This document shows positions 43,579 to 53,863 of a stretch of DNA of 59,638 nucleotides, one piece after another (position 1 is the stretch's first letter; every line of letters starts with the position of its first letter). Under the pieces are notes generated by a model. The model had not been told where the DNA came from and did not search any database. It worked only from the letters and a program-made list of their open reading frames with translations. The position numbers were made by a program, and so were the translations under genes. The stretch spans positions 1-59,638 of the forward strand of contig CALDPN010000086.1 of assembly GCA_937911235.1 (NCBI GenBank), in the 5' to 3' direction. This DNA is from an uncultured Bacteroidales bacterium (GTDB taxonomy: Bacteria > Bacteroidota > Bacteroidia > Bacteroidales > Paludibacteraceae).

Positions 43579-45753
43579 ATGAAAGAACTACTATTCGACA
43601 TTTTCAACCTGCCACTAGAAGACCCTGTTCTTATTTTCTCAGTGGTGCTAGGTATTATATTGTTTGCTCCTATTATATTTGATAAAATTAGAATTCCACA
43701 TATCGTGGGTATGATTTTAGCTGGTATGATTTTAGGGCCCAATGGTATCAACTTATTAAGTCACGATAGTAGTTTTGAGTTGTTTGGAAACGTAGGAATC
43801 CTTTATATCATGTTTGTGGCAGGCATAGACATGGATATGAACGACTTTAAGCAAAACAAAAATAAAAGTATTGTCTTTGGTATTTTTACTTTTATAATAC
43901 CAATGCTACTTGGTTCTGTAACAGGTTATTACTTAATTAAAGAAATTATCCTTACAGCATCTGGTAGCGCAGAGGGCATTATATGGAACTGTGGAGACCC
44001 TTCAAACAATATCACACTTATAAAACATTGTGGGCTATCTGCAGTGGTGCTTGCCAGTATGTATGCTTCAAATACACTTATTGCATATCCTATTATTACT
44101 CGCTTTGGTATCTCTAAACAAAGGTCTGTAAATATCACAGTAGGTGGCACCATGATTACCACTATACTTTCACTTTTAGTGTTGGCTGTGATATTAGAGG
44201 TGGTACGCCAAGGTTCTATAGACTATATGTTTTGGATAAAACTTACCGTGGGGTTAAGCATATACTCTGTAATTTTATTTGTTCTTTATCCTATTGTAGG
44301 CAGATGGTTTTTCAAAAGATTTAATGACAATATAGTTCAGTATATCTTCGTGCTTGCTATGGTGTTCCTATCTTCCTTCTTGGCAAAACTGGCAGGGGTG
44401 GAATACATTATTGGTGCGTTTATAGCAGGTGTTACTTTAAATAGACTTGTGCCACGTCGTTCTCCACTTATGAACAGGATTGACTTTGTGGGTAACGCTA
44501 TTTTTATTCCATTCTTCCTTATTAGTGTGGGTATGATAGTAAACTTTAAGGTAATATTTGATGGTTATCTTACTATCGTTACTGCTATCATAATGTGCAT
44601 AGTGGCAACTCTTTCTAAATACCTAGCAGCAAAACTTACCCAAAAGGTATACAAAATGGAACCAGAAGAAGGTTCTATGATATTTGGATTAAGTAATGCC
44701 CAAGCTGCTGCTACACTTGCTGCCGTAACCATTGCATATAATCTAGTAATAGGTACTGCTGCAGATGGTTCTGAAATAAGACTACTATCAGAAGAGATTC
44801 TAAATGGTACTATCGTGATGATTTTAGTTACCTGTACCATAAGTTCTATTTTTACTGAAAAGTCTGCCAGAAAACTTGCATTAAAAACCGATTTAGAAAC
44901 CTCTGAAAACCACTATAACCCAGAAAATCGTATTCTTATACCAGTGGCAAACCCAGAGACTCTAGATAGCCTTATGGAGCTTGCTCTGCTTATTAAGGAA
45001 AAGAAAGATAAACAACCAGTTTATGCTCTAAAAGTAATAGACGATTTCCAAAATGCAGATAAAATATCTCAAGGTAAAAAACTTCTAGACCGTGCTGCAA
45101 ATATAGGAGCAGGAGCAGATATTAAGGTAAAACGCATTTCTCGCTACGACCTTAACATTTCTAGTGGTATTTGCAACGTAGTGAAAGAGAAGAATATTTC
45201 AGACGTAGTCTTAGGCTTACACAACAAAAGCACTGCATCCGACTCTTTCTTTGGAAATATGACAGACTCAATTTTAGGAGGTGTAAACCGAATGATTTAT
45301 ATCTACAAGTCTGTGCAACCAATGTCAACTATTAAAAGAGTTGTGGTTGCCACTCCTCCAAAATGTGAATTTGAATCTGGTTTCAACAAATGGTGCAATC
45401 GTGTATTCACCCTAACATCTCAAACTGGCGGTGAATTAGTGTTCTATTGCACTAAAGAAACAAAAGAAGCCATTATGGAGGTGGCAAAAGAAAGTAAAAC
45501 TAGCGTAAATATTAATTATTTCTTATTGGCAGATTGGGAAGACTTCTTAATACTAACCAGAGAGGTGAAATTTAACGATTTATTATTAGTAGTTACAGCG
45601 AGAAAACAAAGTATCTCATACACCCCAGAGTTAGAAAAACTTCCAAAACAACTAGGAAATTATTTCGCAGACAATAGCTTCATAGTTCTGTACCCAGAAC
45701 AGTTCAAAGAAGGGGAGTTTGACCGAAATATCTCCGAACGTAAGTTTATATAA
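43579..45753 (+). CDS. cation:proton antiporter (CPA family) with C-terminal USP-like region
   Basis: IPHIVGMILAGMILGP start of a Na+/H+ exchanger domain. About 12 TM segments plus ~300 aa of soluble tail. Confidence 0.8.
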   Translation: MKELLFDIFNLPLEDPVLIFSVVLGIILFAPIIFDKIRIPHIVGMILAGMILGPNGINLLSHDSSFELFGNVGILYIMFVAGIDMDMNDFKQNKNKSIVFGIFTFIIPMLLGSVTGYYLIKEIILTASGSAEGIIWNCGDPSNNITLIKHCGLSAVVLASMYASNTLIAYPIITRFGISKQRSVNITVGGTMITTILSLLVLAVILEVVRQGSIDYMFWIKLTVGLSIYSVILFVLYPIVGRWFFKRFNDNIVQYIFVLAMVFLSSFLAKLAGVEYIIGAFIAGVTLNRLVPRRSPLMNRIDFVGNAIFIPFFLISVGMIVNFKVIFDGYLTIVTAIIMCIVATLSKYLAAKLTQKVYKMEPEEGSMIFGLSNAQAAATLAAVTIAYNLVIGTAADGSEIRLLSEEILNGTIVMILVTCTISSIFTEKSARKLALKTDLETSENHYNPENRILIPVANPETLDSLMELALLIKEKKDKQPVYALKVIDDFQNADKISQGKKLLDRAANIGAGADIKVKRISRYDLNISSGICNVVKEKNISDVVLGLHNKSTASDSFFGNMTDSILGGVNRMIYIYKSVQPMSTIKRVVVATPPKCEFESGFNKWCNRVFTLTSQTGGELVFYCTKETKEAIMEVAKESKTSVNINYFLLADWEDFLILTREVKFNDLLLVVTARKQSISYTPELEKLPKQLGNYFADNSFIVLYPEQFKEGEFDRNISERKFI

Positions 45754-45758
45754 AAACC

Positions 45759-45790
45759 AATGGCGACTCTTTTAAAAAAGGGTCGCCATT
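45759..45790. terminator. bidirectional terminator hairpin, same family as 41530
   Basis: AATGGCGAC-14 nt-GTCGCCATT between convergent genes. Nearly the reverse complement of the 41530 hairpin. Confidence 0.6.
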
Positions 45791-45795
45791 TGTGT

Positions 45796-46410
45796 TTAAA
45801 ATAAACTTATCTCTGTGGGGTTTGGGTTGTATTCCTTTACTCCTTTGAAGGTGAGGCGGTGATATGGGGTGATGCCGTGTTTGGCTATGGCATCGCGATG
45901 CTTAGCAGTTGGGTATCCCTTGTTTTCTAGCCAGTCGTATGCAGGATACTCCTCGGCAATTTTATTCATATAGTCGTCACGATATGTTTTTGCCAAAATA
46001 GATGCAGCCGCAATAGACATCATTTTAGCGTCGCCTTTCACTACAGTGGTAAATGGAATAAGCAGTTTGCTCTTAAATCTGTTGCCATCTATAAGCAAAT
46101 GTTCTGGTTTCACGTTTAGTGCCTCAATGGCTCTTGTCATAGCCAGAAAAGAAGCATTCAATATGTTAATTCTATCGATTTCATCGGGAAAAACTATACC
46201 TACAGCATATGCAATAGCCTTCTCCTCTATTATAGGTCTTAACTCATAACGTTGCTTTTCTGTAAGTTGTTTTGAGTCGTTGAGAAGTTCGTTTTCAAAG
46301 TCTTCTGGAAGTATTACAGCAGCAGCAAAGACAGGTCCTGCAAGACAGCCTCTGCCTGCCTCGTCCACTCCACATTCCACTCGCCCTTTTTCTAAATATG
46401 GTAATAGCAT
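45796..46410 (-). CDS. rnhB: ribonuclease HII
   Basis: [26 protein letters not shown] motifs. Confidence 0.9.
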   Translation of the reverse strand: MLLPYLEKGRVECGVDEAGRGCLAGPVFAAAVILPEDFENELLNDSKQLTEKQRYELRPIIEEKAIAYAVGIVFPDEIDRINILNASFLAMTRAIEALNVKPEHLLIDGNRFKSKLLIPFTTVVKGDAKMMSIAAASILAKTYRDDYMNKIAEEYPAYDWLENKGYPTAKHRDAIAKHGITPYHRLTFKGVKEYNPNPTEISLF

Positions 46411-47048
46411 TATTGTTTAGCTAGAAGTGGTCTTTTGTTACTTACGTTGCAACCAATAAAGTTGCCAACTATGGTAGAAAGCCAAATGCAAAAGATTTGA
46501 CCTGCATTTTCTAGTAGCAATTCGGTGCTACCCATAGCATAATAATAAATATCTGCTATACTGTGGGCAAATCCACAAACAATGAATAATGGCACACCAA
46601 ATACAAGAGGAAGGTATCTTTCACCATTAAATTTTGAGTGATATACAGCTTCTGTCATTATGAAACCACATAAAATAGCTAGAAGACAGTTTTTGAAAAG
46701 TCCGTTTGTAAGTCGGGTATTTATAATGCCATCTGCGACCTCGGTTAGTGAAGGCGCCACATATCTCATTATAAGACCAAATAACACACAACCTACAAGA
46801 TTTCCTATAATAGAAATAGGAATCATTTGCCAAGTATCTTTGGTCACAAATCCTGCTGTGCCGGTATATAGCACGTGTTTGTTGTGCACCACCACAATAA
46901 GACCAAATGAGAAGAGAACTGCACCGATAAAGCCGCCAATTTCTGGAAATGCTGCACAGCTTTTTAGATAGGCTGTTCCACCAAAAGAAATACAAGCACC
47001 AGCAAAAATGGCATGTTTAAAATTGAAAAGAAAGTCTTTAAGTGTCAT
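46410..47048 (-). CDS. formate/nitrite-transporter-like membrane protein (short form)
   Basis: Six TM segments. [11 protein letters not shown] resembles the FNT fEHsiANm motif. Confidence 0.45.
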   Translation of the reverse strand: MTLKDFLFNFKHAIFAGACISFGGTAYLKSCAAFPEIGGFIGAVLFSFGLIVVVHNKHVLYTGTAGFVTKDTWQMIPISIIGNLVGCVLFGLIMRYVAPSLTEVADGIINTRLTNGLFKNCLLAILCGFIMTEAVYHSKFNGERYLPLVFGVPLFIVCGFAHSIADIYYYAMGSTELLLENAGQIFCIWLSTIVGNFIGCNVSNKRPLLAKQ

Positions 47049-47049
47049 A

Positions 47050-48003
47050 TTATTTAAGGTTGTAAATGTAATTACTTAGTACTTTGCCCACCGCATTTAG
47101 CACGGTTTTATCGATATTTTCTAGGTTGTCGTTCACTGTGTGCCATGTAACTGGAAAACCTTCGTCTTTTGTGTAATCGATAATATCTATACATGGAATG
47201 CCAGATAGCATATTCACATAATAGTGATCGTCTATTAGACTACCACCCAAATCATTTGAAAACAAACTTGCATAACCCATGTCTGCTGCGATTTTCCACA
47301 CTCCGTTTACCACATCACTTGCAAAATGCATAGACACTACGTCTTTGTCGAATCTTGCACCTGCACCACCTACCATATCTAAAAGTATACCAAAACGTGC
47401 TCTATAGTTTGGAGTGTGAGGGTTGCGTGCCCAATATTGCGAACCAAGGCAATAGCTATGCTCCACGCTTGAGTTGCCATAGTCTTCTGAGTCGAAAAGT
47501 ACTATATCCACTGCCACATTTGGTTTTGAAACCGCAAAGCAACGAGCTAGTTCCATAAGCACAGCTACTCCAGAAGCTCCGTCGTTTGCTCCAAGCACTG
47601 GTGTTTTATGATTTTCTGCATTTGGGTCTTCGTCACACACAGGGCGACTATCCCAGTGAGCACAAAGCATAATTCTATTTTTAGACGCTGGATTGAAAGA
47701 AGCAATTATGTTTCTCGACTCTAGTTTTGTGCCATCAAAAGCAGTAAGATTCACATCTTGAGTAATCACCGTGTCGGCAAAACACTCAAGTGTAGAAACC
47801 AAATATTTTGCACATTCTTTGTGTGCTTTAGTATTTGGCACGCGAGGACCAAAAGCTACTTGATTTGCCAAATAGCTATAACAACTATCTGCATTAAATT
47901 CCACCTTTAAAGGAGCAGAAACTGATGCTGTAGTATTCTCGTTTGCCTTTTGGGCACAAGAAGTAAAAAGTATAAGCGATATTAAAAGAATTATTTTTTC
48001 CAT
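47050..48003 (-). CDS. M28-family peptidase / glutaminyl-cyclase-like protein
   Basis: Lipoprotein-type signal (LFTSC). FGPRVPNT, LCAHWDSRP, DGASGVAVLMELAR, FDSEDYG motifs. Confidence 0.75.
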   Translation of the reverse strand: MEKIILLISLILFTSCAQKANENTTASVSAPLKVEFNADSCYSYLANQVAFGPRVPNTKAHKECAKYLVSTLECFADTVITQDVNLTAFDGTKLESRNIIASFNPASKNRIMLCAHWDSRPVCDEDPNAENHKTPVLGANDGASGVAVLMELARCFAVSKPNVAVDIVLFDSEDYGNSSVEHSYCLGSQYWARNPHTPNYRARFGILLDMVGGAGARFDKDVVSMHFASDVVNGVWKIAADMGYASLFSNDLGGSLIDDHYYVNMLSGIPCIDIIDYTKDEGFPVTWHTVNDNLENIDKTVLNAVGKVLSNYIYNLK

Positions 48004-49034
48004 CCCATTGGTATTAATGATAGTAAAGCTGTAAGTATCACATACAAAGGATAATATAATGACACTACTGGTGAATATGCTAAAACAGAGCTCTTTTTAA
48101 ATTTAATTGCCACAGGTAGCAAGATAAACATATCAATAATGTATTTTGCAAGCACCCAAAGTAGCAAAATAGGTTTGTAAAAAGACATTATATAAATGCC
48201 CACCATTAGGCATTGCATTGTGAAAACTAACACTCCTGCCCTTATTATAGAATAGTCTGTATAGTGCGGAGCTTTAGATGTCCAACGAGCTCTTTGGCGG
48301 AAAAAATCTATTATATTTTTGCTACCATCAATGGTGACTACTGCATCTAACGAATTGCAAAAATGCACGGTTCCACCGAGTTTTTTGGTACTTTCTAGCA
48401 AAAACATATCATCGCCAGATGGCACATCTAAAAGCACATCACATTTACCATACCACTCTTTCGAAAATGCTAGTGAACAAGCATTGCACATAAGTGGATT
48501 TTTGTTGCCTGCACTGCCCGCAGTAATACCCATTATGCTCAAGTATTCCATACTTTGATATGGGTATTTTCTACTCATTTTCACAGGACCTATCACAAGG
48601 TTTGCTGCAGAGTTTTTGTACGATGCCACCATCTTTTCTATCCATTTCTTTGGATATGAAACATCGGCATCGGCAGTGAGTATAATATTGGTTTTAGCCT
48701 CAGAAATGGCTTGTTTTATAGCCCTCTTTTTCCCTTCTCCAGTGGCATGTATCAACCTCAGCCTACCTAAAGAAAATAACTTTGACAATCGTATAAAACT
48801 AGCGGTTTCATCGGAAGAATTATCATCTACAATAATAAATTCCACCTCTCTATAAGTTTGCAGACTAAGAGACTCTAAGCAGTTTTTTATGGTTTTAGCT
48901 TCATTCTTAACTGCCATTACCACAGTTACCTTTTCATCATAAGACTCCAGAGGTTTTTCCTTCGGCAAACGAAAAAAACCTATAGTGATATAGATAATGA
49001 AAATAAAGTAGAGAGTAAATACAACAGTTATCAT
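47991..49034 (-). CDS. family 2 glycosyltransferase (membrane-associated)
   Basis: VTVVMAVKNE, EFIIVDDNSSDET, ADADV motifs and C-terminal TM helices. Confidence 0.8.
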   Translation of the reverse strand: MITVVFTLYFIFIIYITIGFFRLPKEKPLESYDEKVTVVMAVKNEAKTIKNCLESLSLQTYREVEFIIVDDNSSDETASFIRLSKLFSLGRLRLIHATGEGKKRAIKQAISEAKTNIILTADADVSYPKKWIEKMVASYKNSAANLVIGPVKMSRKYPYQSMEYLSIMGITAGSAGNKNPLMCNACSLAFSKEWYGKCDVLLDVPSGDDMFLLESTKKLGGTVHFCNSLDAVVTIDGSKNIIDFFRQRARWTSKAPHYTDYSIIRAGVLVFTMQCLMVGIYIMSFYKPILLLWVLAKYIIDMFILLPVAIKFKKSSVLAYSPVVSLYYPLYVILTALLSLIPMGWKK

Positions 49035-49706
49035 ACAGATAGTGAGAAACCGCTAACAGAGCTAATTAGTGCCACTAAAGCTATCACAAAAATTAAACAA
49101 CCAGTAGCCTTATTTAGAATCCAAAGTCCTCTAATATTGAATCTTTTTCTAAAGATACTGGCAAGCAATGTTAATAAGAACCACCATAAACCTGCTCCTA
49201 CAAACACAGAAATAATGCCAATTGCAATTTCTAAAAAGTGAGATTCAGAAGTTACGAAGTTATATTGAGCAAACAGACCAATGTAAAGGAAAATCATAAG
49301 CGGATTGCTCAGAGTAAGTGAAAACGAAGTAATATAATCAACCCAGTAAGAAGACTTTTCGCCTTTGCTTTTTTCAATGTTTTTAGCAGGGTTTTGGAAG
49401 AAAATATAGATACCAAAAACAAGAGAGTTTGATCCTGGCTCAGGATAAACCAAATATCATCATAATAGCACTACCCGCTATTTGAATGATAAGTTTATTT
49501 TCTTCGATAAAAGATAACACCACAGAAAGACCCACAATAGCAAGCAAGGCATAGAACGTGTCGGAAGACGCCGCTCCAAGGCCAGAAAAGAACCCATGAA
49601 GTCTACCTTTTTGCAGAGTTCTTTGAATAATTAGTATTGCAATAGGACCTACAGGAATAGAAGTACAAAGCCCTATAGTAATCCCCTCTATTATGGTACT
49701 AAACAT
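49031..49706 (-). pseudogene. LysE/RhtB-family exporter interrupted by a 37-nt insertion (frameshift)
   Basis: Track ORFs 49440-49706 (N-terminal part, VGPIAILIIQRTL) and 49031-49453 (C-terminal part, LTLSNPLMIFLYIGLFAQ) are two halves of one gene in different frames. Removing 37 nt restores ...SAIMMIFG-IYIFFQNPAKN... Confidence 0.7.
49412..49454 (+). other. 37-nt insertion flanked by 6-bp direct repeat ACCAAA, containing the 16S 5'-end / 27F primer sequence
   Basis: ACCAAA(49412-17) AACAAGAGAGTTTGATCCTGGCTCAGGATAA ACCAAA(49449-54). AGAGTTTGATCCTGGCTCAG at 49424-49443 is an exact 20/20 match to primer 27F (M=C). Confidence 0.8.
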
Positions 49707-49778
49707 AATGCAAATATCTAAATTTTTTTCGTCTTTTTGCTATAAAATCTAGATTTTCTTTTATTTTTGTAGAAAATT

Positions 49779-50546
49779 ATGAGCCAAAACAAAAAAATAT
49801 ATTTTATTTCCGACGTGCACCTTGGAGCAAGGGCATTTGACGACGATAGAGAAAGAGAGAAAAAACTAGTTCGTTTTCTTTCTTCTATTGAAAATGACGC
49901 CAAAGCCATCTACTTTTTGGGTGATATTTTCGACTTTTGGTACGAATATAAAAACATCATCCCAAAGGGTTTTACTCGCCTATTTGGAAAGTTGGCAGAG
50001 CTTGCCGATGCTGGTGTGGAAATGCACTATTTTATAGGTAATCACGACATCTGGACAGGAGATTATTTTGAGAAAGAGTTTGGCATGATAATGCACTACG
50101 ATGCAGAGGAAATGCAGATAAATGGTAAAACTTTTTATCTTGCGCATGGACACAGAACAGGCTACAGACCGCTTGCCGTGAAGATTATGCACTTTTTCTT
50201 CCATTCAAAATGGGTAAGACGCATATACAACCTTATCCACCCTTCTATAAACTACTACTTTGGATTAAAATGGTCTGCTCACAACAGAACATACAAACAC
50301 AAACAAGAAGACGCTAAGTATTTAGGCGAGAAAAACGAAACTCTTGTATGTTTTGCAAAAGAGTATCTTAAAACAAAACAAGTAGACTTCTTTATCTTTG
50401 GCCACAGACACGTGGTACTAGATTTGATGCTCACCAAAACCTCTCGCGTAGTTTACCTAGGCGACTGGGTTACCAACTTCACCTACGGGGTGCTCGATGG
50501 CACCGCATTTTCACTTGAGATTTACGAGGAGAGTGAAAATTTATAA
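49779..50546 (+). CDS. lpxH: UDP-2,3-diacylglucosamine diphosphatase
   Basis: IYFISDVHLG, LGDIFDFW, GNHD, GHRH metallophosphoesterase motifs in LpxH order. Confidence 0.85.
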   Translation: MSQNKKIYFISDVHLGARAFDDDREREKKLVRFLSSIENDAKAIYFLGDIFDFWYEYKNIIPKGFTRLFGKLAELADAGVEMHYFIGNHDIWTGDYFEKEFGMIMHYDAEEMQINGKTFYLAHGHRTGYRPLAVKIMHFFFHSKWVRRIYNLIHPSINYYFGLKWSAHNRTYKHKQEDAKYLGEKNETLVCFAKEYLKTKQVDFFIFGHRHVVLDLMLTKTSRVVYLGDWVTNFTYGVLDGTAFSLEIYEESENL

Positions 50547-50629
50547 AATTCCTTAAAAAACCTCACAACAAGCAATAATTTGCCTGTTATAACGTTTGTA
50601 GGTTAAAGACAAACTAAAAAATCAAAATC

Positions 50630-52456
50630 ATGAAAAAACTTTTATTTACTATCGGCACTTTGTGTGCGGTATTGATTTCTTCTTGTACAAATCAAGGTAA
50701 ATACACTTACCAAATTCCAGAATCTTTAATCATTGATGCCGATACAGCAACAATTATCCCCGATTATCAAAAGAAAATTGGCGACACCAAAGTTGTTTGT
50801 TATATTGTAGATACTTGTAGTAGGAATTATAAATACCCTGCACAAATAACAATGAGAGAGGTGGGTAATCCTATACTAACAGATAATGACATTCTTGCTA
50901 TTCAACTTGCTAAAATAGAAAATGACTCATTCTCCTTTTCATTCCCAGAGATGGTTGGAACAGGAAATATTAGTTGTGCTTTTGCAATAACAGATAGTAC
51001 TGCTTGTTATATTGACGCTTATATTGAGCCTGGCAAAACAAACAATATCTGGATTGATATAACAAAACCACAAGGACAATATGGAGATCTTTACGCTGTT
51101 TATTCTGACAATGCTTACAATGCAATTAATAATGCAATAAACAAACCTATACCTTATATCAGAGATTGGCGTGGTATTCCAGAAAATAAGTATATAGATT
51201 TAAATAAAAAAGAATTTATAGAAATGGTTATGCATCAGCATGACTCAATAATTGAATGTATTAATAAAGATTCTATAGCAAGTACGATTCGTTTTTACAA
51301 TGTTGAATATGCAAAATACGAAACATATAGAGTAATAGAACAATATAATCACTTAAAAGAGAAACTAAGCAAAAGAGAGATTGCTAAACATGAGTATATA
51401 TCATCGGAAGAATTGCAAAAAGTATTTAATGAATTAAATTTTCTTCCAAAATCATTATTTTATCCATATTGTAATGAATTCATAAATGAGACATCTATAG
51501 ACTTAAAAGATTATCCTGCAGATGTATATTCAATGTCTCAGCTTGCTCGACTTTGTGATAAATTTGATGAAAATCTTTGGAAAGACGCGCCAGAAGATGC
51601 TGCCGATTTTATTGGCGATGAATTCTATATTGCAGCCTATAAACATTATCGCACTCAATGTATAGAAGCTCACAAAAGAGCAGAAGGCGTATTGGCAGAA
51701 GACACACCTAATGTTGCTGACGCCAAGTTATTTTCTTCTATGATGCAAAAATACAAAGGCAGACCTACTATTGTTTACTTTTGGAGTGCACTAGATTCTT
51801 ACTCTTTATATGATTTGAGAAGAAATAAAGATAATCAATCGGCTGATACCACATACGTTTATATCGCAAACAGTTGGTCTTCTAAATCAGACTGGAATAA
51901 AACAATTAATCACATTAAGGGGAACCATTATTTTATTTCTAATGAATCTTTCAATTATATACTAAAGCAATATGGAAACAAACATGGACTTATTCCATTT
52001 AAATTGTATGTAGATGAGAATAGTAAGACTTATTCTTATCAAGATAGAACTCCGCTAGATCCAGAAGCTAAAGAAAATAAGCGTCCTGTTTACATAGAAG
52101 AAGCACCAAATGTACCAAATGATAGCTTAGTTTCTGCTATTGTAGAAAAACACAAAGGAAAACCTACAATTATAGATTTCTGGGGAGTATATTGCATACA
52201 TTGTATGAAAGAGATTAGCATAAAAGAAAAAACAAAAACCGATGATGTAAACTATATTTATATCACATGTACGGCAGATTCCCCACAAGATAAATGGGAG
52301 GAAACAATTAAAGACATAAGCGGATATCATTATTATATATCTACCGATGCTTTCTATTCAATACTAGAAAGTTATCAGACACGTTCCATTCCATTTAAAC
52401 TATACTACTCCGCAGACGGAAAATTAGAAAATACTGTTGTAGGAGCAGAGTATTAA
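50630..52456 (+). CDS. lipoprotein with two thioredoxin-like modules (first degenerate, second CxxC)
   Basis: Lipobox LISSC. KGRPTIVYFWSALDSYS (no CxxC) and KGKPTIIDFWGVYCIHC. Confidence 0.55.
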   Translation: MKKLLFTIGTLCAVLISSCTNQGKYTYQIPESLIIDADTATIIPDYQKKIGDTKVVCYIVDTCSRNYKYPAQITMREVGNPILTDNDILAIQLAKIENDSFSFSFPEMVGTGNISCAFAITDSTACYIDAYIEPGKTNNIWIDITKPQGQYGDLYAVYSDNAYNAINNAINKPIPYIRDWRGIPENKYIDLNKKEFIEMVMHQHDSIIECINKDSIASTIRFYNVEYAKYETYRVIEQYNHLKEKLSKREIAKHEYISSEELQKVFNELNFLPKSLFYPYCNEFINETSIDLKDYPADVYSMSQLARLCDKFDENLWKDAPEDAADFIGDEFYIAAYKHYRTQCIEAHKRAEGVLAEDTPNVADAKLFSSMMQKYKGRPTIVYFWSALDSYSLYDLRRNKDNQSADTTYVYIANSWSSKSDWNKTINHIKGNHYFISNESFNYILKQYGNKHGLIPFKLYVDENSKTYSYQDRTPLDPEAKENKRPVYIEEAPNVPNDSLVSAIVEKHKGKPTIIDFWGVYCIHCMKEISIKEKTKTDDVNYIYITCTADSPQDKWEETIKDISGYHYYISTDAFYSILESYQTRSIPFKLYYSADGKLENTVVGAEY

Positions 52457-52535
52457 GATATAACAGAACTCGCTTACATCCCACTAGAACTGTAGGCGAG
52501 TCATTGTTTATGTATATATGTGCAAAATTAATTTA

Positions 52536-53810
52536 ATGAAAAAACAACTAAATCGTAGTCTATTATTGGTTTTATTATGTGTGTTGGCAACAAATTTTTC
52601 GTTTGCTAATAATGTATTAATAAAGATAGAAGACCCAGAAGGTTTTTTTAAGCATATTACTTTACAAAGAACATATTTGGGAGGTATTTTTGATATTCCT
52701 GTTAATCAAACAGAATCATTAATACTTGCTCGAGGAACAGAAATTCAGCTACAGGTAGATAGTTTCTTTGTAGGATTTCTTATGAATCAGAATAAATATT
52801 GGATTAATCAACCTATTTTTATCACGGCAGGAGATACAATTACTTTTACTCCACATCAATTAAAAATTGATGGAGAGATTTTCTACAAATTAGTTGCATC
52901 TGGTACAAACAAAGACAATTATAACTTTCTAGCAGATTCACAAAATAATTATGGTGAACACTACCAAAGAAAAAGAGACGAAAAATTAGCCTTATTAGAG
53001 GAAAGAAAAAATAGTTTGTCTGTTCCTTTTTATAAATATGCTTTAGCAGAAATACATAACGAATATGCTTGGCAGATATATAGAAATAACCTTGATAATG
53101 ATGCTAACATAATAATAAATTCATTATCACCATATTGTTACATAGCTAGTTGGGAGAAATTCTGCTATTCTTTTCATGAAAAAGAAAGAGGTACATATGA
53201 CGCTTTAAACTACCTAACAAAAAACTATTTTGGCAGACCTCTTGAATATCTTATTACAAATTATATCGGTTGGTGTGTTAAAAATAACATTCAAATGACT
53301 CCTTGGATGAGGTCTGTTACAGAGAAATATGTGCATGATGATTATTACTTGTCGTGTATAAATTTCTTTGAAAAAATCACACAAATAAGCAATAAAATCT
53401 TGCCAGATAGCGTTCTTAATGAAACATATCTAATAGAGTATAAGACTAATAAAAAGATAACATTAAAAGACTTCTTTGCTAAGCAGACAAATGAATTGCA
53501 TTATATAGATTTTTGGGCGAGCTGGTGTACTGGATGCCGATGGGTAATTCGTGAGGCAAAAGAGGGAAAAGAGGTTCTAAAAAACGAACAGAAACAGTTA
53601 GTCTATTTCTCAATAGATGCAGATGAGCAAAGGTGGAGAAAAGCCGTTGCCGAGGATAAAATAGAGAACTATCCTAATTATTTAATAGTAAATGGGAGTA
53701 AATCGCCTTTATGTAAATACATTTATTTAGGTCCTATTCCACACTATATATTGGTGAATAAAGAAGGTAAGTTAATCAAACCCCAAGCAACTCGATTAGA
53801 AGAATTATGA
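52536..53810 (+). CDS. TlpA-like thiol:disulfide oxidoreductase-domain protein
   Basis: Signal peptide MKKQLNRSLLLVLLCVLATNFSFA. C-terminal HYIDFWASWCTGC thioredoxin motif. Confidence 0.6.
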   Translation: MKKQLNRSLLLVLLCVLATNFSFANNVLIKIEDPEGFFKHITLQRTYLGGIFDIPVNQTESLILARGTEIQLQVDSFFVGFLMNQNKYWINQPIFITAGDTITFTPHQLKIDGEIFYKLVASGTNKDNYNFLADSQNNYGEHYQRKRDEKLALLEERKNSLSVPFYKYALAEIHNEYAWQIYRNNLDNDANIIINSLSPYCYIASWEKFCYSFHEKERGTYDALNYLTKNYFGRPLEYLITNYIGWCVKNNIQMTPWMRSVTEKYVHDDYYLSCINFFEKITQISNKILPDSVLNETYLIEYKTNKKITLKDFFAKQTNELHYIDFWASWCTGCRWVIREAKEGKEVLKNEQKQLVYFSIDADEQRWRKAVAEDKIENYPNYLIVNGSKSPLCKYIYLGPIPHYILVNKEGKLIKPQATRLEEL

Positions 53811-53863
53811 TTAAAGTAATAACTATGAAAAAACTTTTATTAGTTATCGGAGCTTTATGTTGT

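Noticed and set aside
49424-49443. The start of a 16S rRNA gene.
   Set aside because: Similarity to 16S ends after about 25 nt. The flanks are the two halves of a LysE-family CDS, and no rRNA-like sequence follows.
49718-49909. A 63-aa minus-strand ORF overlapping the lpxH start.
   Set aside because: It is antisense to the conserved LpxH N-terminus (IYFISDVHLG) and its promoter region, and has no recognisable features.
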